A stretch of 64,000 nt of DNA, taken from the NCBI GenBank assembly GCA_016218365.1, contig JACREF010000005.1, positions 130 to 64,129 on the forward strand, read 5' to 3'. Positions within the stretch are counted from its first letter, which is position 1; each line of letters starts with the position of its first letter. The notes beneath the pieces were generated by a model. The model was not told where the DNA came from. It did not search any database and saw only the letters and a program-made list of their open reading frames with translations. Made by a program: the position numbers and the translations under genes. The stretch comes from Gammaproteobacteria bacterium (lineage in GTDB: Bacteria; Pseudomonadota; Gammaproteobacteria; SZUA-140). Positions 60,195 through 64,000 of the stretch are shown piece after piece.

Positions 60195-60365
60195 CCCTGT
60201 CATTAACCGCCGTCCATGGTTCGATACGGCGCTCGAGCCTGCCCTGAGTAGCGGCACAGCCGCGTATGGTTCGATACGGCGCTGCGCGCCTACTCACCAC
60301 GATCGGCCTCATCCTCCCCGTTCGCCCTGAGTAGCGATGCGTAGCATCGCGTATCGAAGGGCGAC
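60195..60365. repeat. REP/BIME-like array (4th locus)
   Basis: CCTGAGTAGCG...CGTATGGTTCGATACGGCGCTGCGCGCCTACTCACCACGATCGG units. Confidence 0.75.
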
Positions 60366-60371
60366 ACCCGA

Positions 60372-61688
60372 TCACCCGGCCAGCGCGATGCGCAGGCCCG
60401 CCCGCTGCGCCAGCTCGACAAACCCCGGGAACGAGGTCGCGACATTGGCACAATCTTGGATCTCGATCATCCCACTCGCGCGCAAGGCCGCCATCGCAAA
60501 CGCCATCGCGATGCGGTGATCACCGTGGCTGTCGACGACGCCACGGCCGATGCTTCCACCCTCAATAACAATGCCATCCGGCGTCGGCATCGCGGTAACA
60601 CCGACGACCTGCAGGCCATCGGCCATGACCTGGATCCGGTCGCTCTCCTTAACGCGCAGCTCCTCGGCCCCGGTCAACCGGGTCGTACCACGGGCGCAGG
60701 CCGCGGCGATGAACAAGGCCGGGAATTCGTCGATCGCCAGCGGCACCTGGTCCTCGGGGATGTCGATACCGTGCAGCGCCGCGGCGCGCACCCGGATGTC
60801 GGCCACCGGCTCGCCACCGACTGTGCGTTCATTGAGCAATGTGATGTCGCCGCCCATCAGCCGCAGAATATTGATGACGCCGATCCGCGTCGGGTTGATG
60901 CCGACATGGCTCAGCGTGACATCGGAGCCGGCGGCGATGCTGGCGCCGACCATGAAAAAGGCCGCTGACGAGATGTCGGCCGGCACATCGATCGCCGTCG
61001 CGGTCAGCCGCCCGCCGCCCGTGACGCAGGCGGTGCTGCCCTGACGTTCAACGCTATAGCCAAAACCCTGCAGCATCCGTTCGGTGTGGTCGCGGGTCGG
61101 CGCCGGTTCGCTGACACAGGTCCGGCCTTGGGCATACAACCCGGCCAGCAGCAGCGAGGATTTGACCTGCGCGCTGGCCATCGGCATCTGATACGAGATT
61201 CCATGCAGCAGCTGGCCGCCGTGGACCTGCAACGGCGGCGTGCCGGTTGCGGTCGCAGTGATGCGCGCACCCATCGTGGACAGCGGTTCGGTGACGCGGC
61301 GCATCGGCCGGCGCGACAGCGAGGCATCACCGGTCATCTGGACATCAAAGGACTGGCCGGCCAGCAGACCGGCCAGCAGCCGCATCGAGGTGCCGGAGTT
61401 GCCCAGATCCAGCGGTTTGTCCGGGGCACGCAGGCCATGCAGGCCGACGCCGTGAATGACCACCTGACCATGATCCGGGCCGTCGATCCGCACCCCCATG
61501 TCGCGAAAGGCCTGCAGCGTCGCCAGGCTGTCCTCGCCCTCGAGAAAGCCGCTGACCCGGGTCACGCCGTCGGCCAGCGCACCGAGCATGATCGAACGGT
61601 GCGAGATCGACTTGTCACCCGGCACCCGGACCGTCCCGGACAACTGGCCGCCGGCCTCTATGCTAAACTCCAGACTCGAGCCGCTCAT
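60372..61688 (-). CDS. aroA: 3-phosphoshikimate 1-carboxyvinyltransferase (EPSP synthase)
   Basis: [29 protein letters not shown]; start MSGSSLEF ~61688. Confidence 0.95.
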   Translation of the reverse strand: MSGSSLEFSIEAGGQLSGTVRVPGDKSISHRSIMLGALADGVTRVSGFLEGEDSLATLQAFRDMGVRIDGPDHGQVVIHGVGLHGLRAPDKPLDLGNSGTSMRLLAGLLAGQSFDVQMTGDASLSRRPMRRVTEPLSTMGARITATATGTPPLQVHGGQLLHGISYQMPMASAQVKSSLLLAGLYAQGRTCVSEPAPTRDHTERMLQGFGYSVERQGSTACVTGGGRLTATAIDVPADISSAAFFMVGASIAAGSDVTLSHVGINPTRIGVINILRLMGGDITLLNERTVGGEPVADIRVRAAALHGIDIPEDQVPLAIDEFPALFIAAACARGTTRLTGAEELRVKESDRIQVMADGLQVVGVTAMPTPDGIVIEGGSIGRGVVDSHGDHRIAMAFAMAALRASGMIEIQDCANVATSFPGFVELAQRAGLRIALAG

Positions 61689-61695
61689 CGCCGCA

Positions 61696-62589
61696 TTATT
61701 CCTCACCCTTCAGACCGACGATATGGCGGTCACGCAACTGTTTGGCGCCGGCAAACAGCTGCTGCAGGCCGGCGCCATCTTCATGTTCAATCAAGGCCTG
61801 CAACGCGGACAGCCGCCCGCTGTAGGCGGCCAGCACCGCCTGGATCGCCGCGCGGTTGGCCAGGCAGATGTCACGCCACATCACCGGGTCACTGGAGGCG
61901 ACCCGCGACACGTCACGAAAACCGCCGGCCGCATAACGAAAGATCTCCGCCGTCGGATCGATTCTGCCCAAGGTATCCACCAGCGTATAGGCCAGCAGGT
62001 GTGGCAGGTGACTGGTTGCGGCCAGTGCTGCATCGTGCTGTTCAACGGTGGTCTGTACCAGCTGGGCGCCCGTGCTGCGCCACATCTGTTGCACGGTCTG
62101 CAAGGCCGCGGCGGCGGTCTCCGGCAGCGGCGTCAGCATCACGCTGTGATTGGCAAACAATTCGGCGAACGAGGCCTCAACCCCGCTGTGTTCGGTGCCG
62201 GCGATCGGGTGACCGGGGACAAATGAGGCGATCCGCTCACCGAGGGCCTGCCGGGCGGCGCTGACGACACTGCCCTTGGCGCTGCCGACATCGGTGATAA
62301 CGGCCTGTGGCGGCACGGCCACGGCGAGCTGGCGGAACAGCTCCGGCAGCGCGCCCAATGGCACGGCCAGCACCACCAGGTCGGCGCCGGCCACGGCGCT
62401 GGCGACATCGGTCGCATAGCGGTCGATGACACCGAGCTGCTGCGCCCGCACCAGGCCCGCGCTGTCCGGCTGACAGCCGACGATCTGATCGACGACAGCG
62501 GCGCGGCGCAGCGCCCGGGCCAATGACCCGCCGATCAGACCGACGCCGATGACGGTCAGTTGGCGGATGTGCCAGGCCGTAGCCACCAA
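61696..62589 (-). CDS. tyrA: Prephenate/arogenate dehydrogenase
   Basis: 297 aa; N-terminal VIGVGLIGGSLARAL Rossmann, HPIAGTEHSG. Confidence 0.85.
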   Translation of the reverse strand: MVATAWHIRQLTVIGVGLIGGSLARALRRAAVVDQIVGCQPDSAGLVRAQQLGVIDRYATDVASAVAGADLVVLAVPLGALPELFRQLAVAVPPQAVITDVGSAKGSVVSAARQALGERIASFVPGHPIAGTEHSGVEASFAELFANHSVMLTPLPETAAAALQTVQQMWRSTGAQLVQTTVEQHDAALAATSHLPHLLAYTLVDTLGRIDPTAEIFRYAAGGFRDVSRVASSDPVMWRDICLANRAAIQAVLAAYSGRLSALQALIEHEDGAGLQQLFAGAKQLRDRHIVGLKGEE

Positions 62590-62606
62590 CTATCCCGCCA
62601 CCACGA

Positions 62607-63623
62607 TCACAGCTCGCGGCCCAGCACGGCGGCGATGCCGCGCAGTTCGCCCATCAGGGTGACCAGCTCCTGCGGGTTCAAGGCCTGATCGGCATCACAC
62701 CAGGCCTCGGACGGACAGGGGTGGGCCTCGACCAGCAGGCCGTCGGCACCGGCGGCGATTGCCGCCCGCGCCAGCGCCGGCACCATCCACGCCTTGCCGC
62801 CGGCATGGCTGGGGTCGATGATCACTGGCAGATGGGTCTCGCGTTTCAGCACCGGCACCGCGGTGACATCCAGCATGTTGCGGTAGGCGGTCTCGAAGCT
62901 GCGCACGCCGCGCTCGCAGAAGATGATATTGTGGTTGCCGCCGGCGGCGATGTATTCGGCCGACATCAGCCATTCGGAGATCGTCGCCGCCATGCCACGC
63001 TTTAATATCACCGGGGTATGGGTCCGTCCGACCTCTTTCAACAAATCGAAATTCTGCATATTGCGGGTACCGATCTGGATCACATCGACCCCGTATTTGA
63101 GAAAGGTGTCGAGCATCCGTACATCCATCAGCTCGGTGACGATCGGCAGGCCGTGCCGGTCGGCGGCCTTGCGAAACATCTCCAGCCCTTCAACACCGGC
63201 GCCCTGGAAGGCATACGGGCTGGTGCGCGGCTTGAAGGCACCGCCACGCATCAAGCGGCAACCGGCGGCCTTGACCGCGGCGGCCGAGCTGTCCATCTGC
63301 GGCTGGGTCTCGACCGAACACGGACCAGCGATGACCTGCACGGTGTTGCCACCGATCGGGATGCCGCGCACATTGACCACGGTACGCGATGGATGGGTCT
63401 CGCGGGCGACGATCTTGTACGGCTTCATGACCCGGACGACGCGGTCGACACCGGGCAGCGCCTCAAAGGCCTCCTGATCGAGCTTGACCTCGTCGCCGAT
63501 CGCGCCGATCACCGTGCGTTCGATGCCGCGTGACACATTGCAGCGCATGCCCAGCGACTGGAGTCTGTGCTCGACCTGGCTGATCTCGGTGTCACCGGCG
63601 CTGGCATTCATGATGATGATCAT
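62607..63623 (-). CDS. 3-deoxy-7-phosphoheptulonate (DAHP) synthase, class I-beta with N-terminal regulatory domain
   Basis: 338 aa; KdsA/AroG-Ibeta-like core (GPCSVE, KPRTSPY, IDPSHAGG), N-terminal ~70-aa extension. Confidence 0.85.
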   Translation of the reverse strand: MIIIMNASAGDTEISQVEHRLQSLGMRCNVSRGIERTVIGAIGDEVKLDQEAFEALPGVDRVVRVMKPYKIVARETHPSRTVVNVRGIPIGGNTVQVIAGPCSVETQPQMDSSAAAVKAAGCRLMRGGAFKPRTSPYAFQGAGVEGLEMFRKAADRHGLPIVTELMDVRMLDTFLKYGVDVIQIGTRNMQNFDLLKEVGRTHTPVILKRGMAATISEWLMSAEYIAAGGNHNIIFCERGVRSFETAYRNMLDVTAVPVLKRETHLPVIIDPSHAGGKAWMVPALARAAIAAGADGLLVEAHPCPSEAWCDADQALNPQELVTLMGELRGIAAVLGREL

Positions 63624-63659
63624 TGCGTATTCCTGCTATAACTAAATGACTGCAATTTA

Positions 63660-63811
63660 AGAACCTCTGATTAATTCAAAAATTACCACAGCCGTCATTC
63701 CCGCGAAAGCGGGAATCCAGGTATTACAGGCCTTTATGGATGCCCGCTGGAGGCCTGCCCTCGACCCGATCGGGGCGGGCATGACGACAATTCGATTAAT
63801 CAGAACCTCTC
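63660..63811. mobile_element. MITE-like family 2 (copy c) with perfect TIRs GAACCTCTGATTAAT / ATTAATCAGAACCTCTC, inserted between pheA stop and DAHP-synthase start
   Basis: Direct reading. Confidence 0.7.
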
Positions 63812-64000
63812 TAAACGACTGCCCGGGGATAAGAACCGAGCACCTTGACCATCGAGGCCTGCTGTTCCAGCTCGCGCAGCGCACCGGCCACGGCCGGCTC
63901 CTGGACATGCCCTTCGACATCGACGAAAAACACATACTCCCACACCGCACGCCGCGACGGCCGCGATTCGATCCGCGTCAGCGTGATGCCCTGACGCGAG
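63811..64000 (-). CDS. pheA: Partial (5' end beyond window) chorismate mutase/prephenate dehydratase, C-terminal ACT domain
   Basis: Manual minus-strand translation ...SRQGITLTRIESRPSRRAVWEYVFFVDVEGHVQEPAVAGALRELEQQASMVKVLGSYPRAVV* (ESRP / ACT signature). Confidence 0.8.
   Translation of the reverse strand, partial: SRQGITLTRIESRPSRRAVWEYVFFVDVEGHVQEPAVAGALRELEQQASMVKVLGSYPRAVV

Overview
High-GC (roughly 60-65%) proteobacterial chromosomal segment, most likely from a sulfur-oxidising chemolithoautotroph. It is densely coded with housekeeping and metabolic genes, interrupted by three families of small non-coding repeats and one low-GC island of about 5.2 kb (about 44.2-49.4 kb).

Backbone genes, in order:
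- A surface-glycan operon: glycoside-hydrolase-like GHL10 (partial), LtaS/sulfatase-family protein, YaiO-like outer-membrane barrel.
- pcm, a Lon-like (YcbZ/LonH) protease, a GAF + HDOD signalling pair, hrpA, an orphan solute-binding protein, a methyltransferase, a 630-aa ankyrin-repeat lipoprotein, a rhodanese, tpm, an ABC-2 exporter pair, and gdh.
- A sulfide/persulfide-type cluster: ArsR-rhodanese fusion regulator, YchN/DsrE-like protein, persulfide-dioxygenase-like MBL hydrolase, MFS transporter, SQR-like flavoprotein, SHOCT protein, methyltransferase.
- typA, uup, a DUF3025 protein, and the form II RuBisCO operon cbbM-cbbQ-cbbO.
- A DHFR-family / SRPBCC / YciI trio, a Mut7-C RNase-domain protein, a FadL-family porin, a GYD protein and an ArsM-like methyltransferase.
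- A GDP-fucose/mannose cluster (fcl, gmd, cysC, manC) whose neighbouring ugd has been destroyed.
- comEA, pyrF, lapB, lapA, ihfB, rpsA, cmk, aroA, tyrA, a DAHP synthase, and pheA (partial).

The low-GC island is flanked by 78-bp direct repeats. It carries a PaeR7I/XhoI-like type II restriction-modification pair and, next to it, an overlapping two-gene module: a SLATT (DUF4231) two-transmembrane protein and a TIR-like (DUF1863) protein. This module looks like an uncharacterised candidate anti-phage / abortive-infection system and is the most interesting thing in the window. At the island's right edge lie a 3' fragment of a cardiolipin-synthase-like gene and a 5' stump of ugd with an in-frame TAG.

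Three intergenic repeat families are present:
- a 120-250-bp element with a long internal hairpin (four copies, MITE-like);
- a roughly 150-bp element with terminal inverted repeats (three full copies plus fragments and terminal-repeat-only palindromes);
- clustered REP/BIME-like 35-40-nt palindromic units in four arrays.
One GC-rich palindrome is also inserted in-frame into fcl.

All coordinates were counted by hand and may be off by 1-3 nt. Many antisense ORFs in the six-frame track are artefacts of the high GC content.
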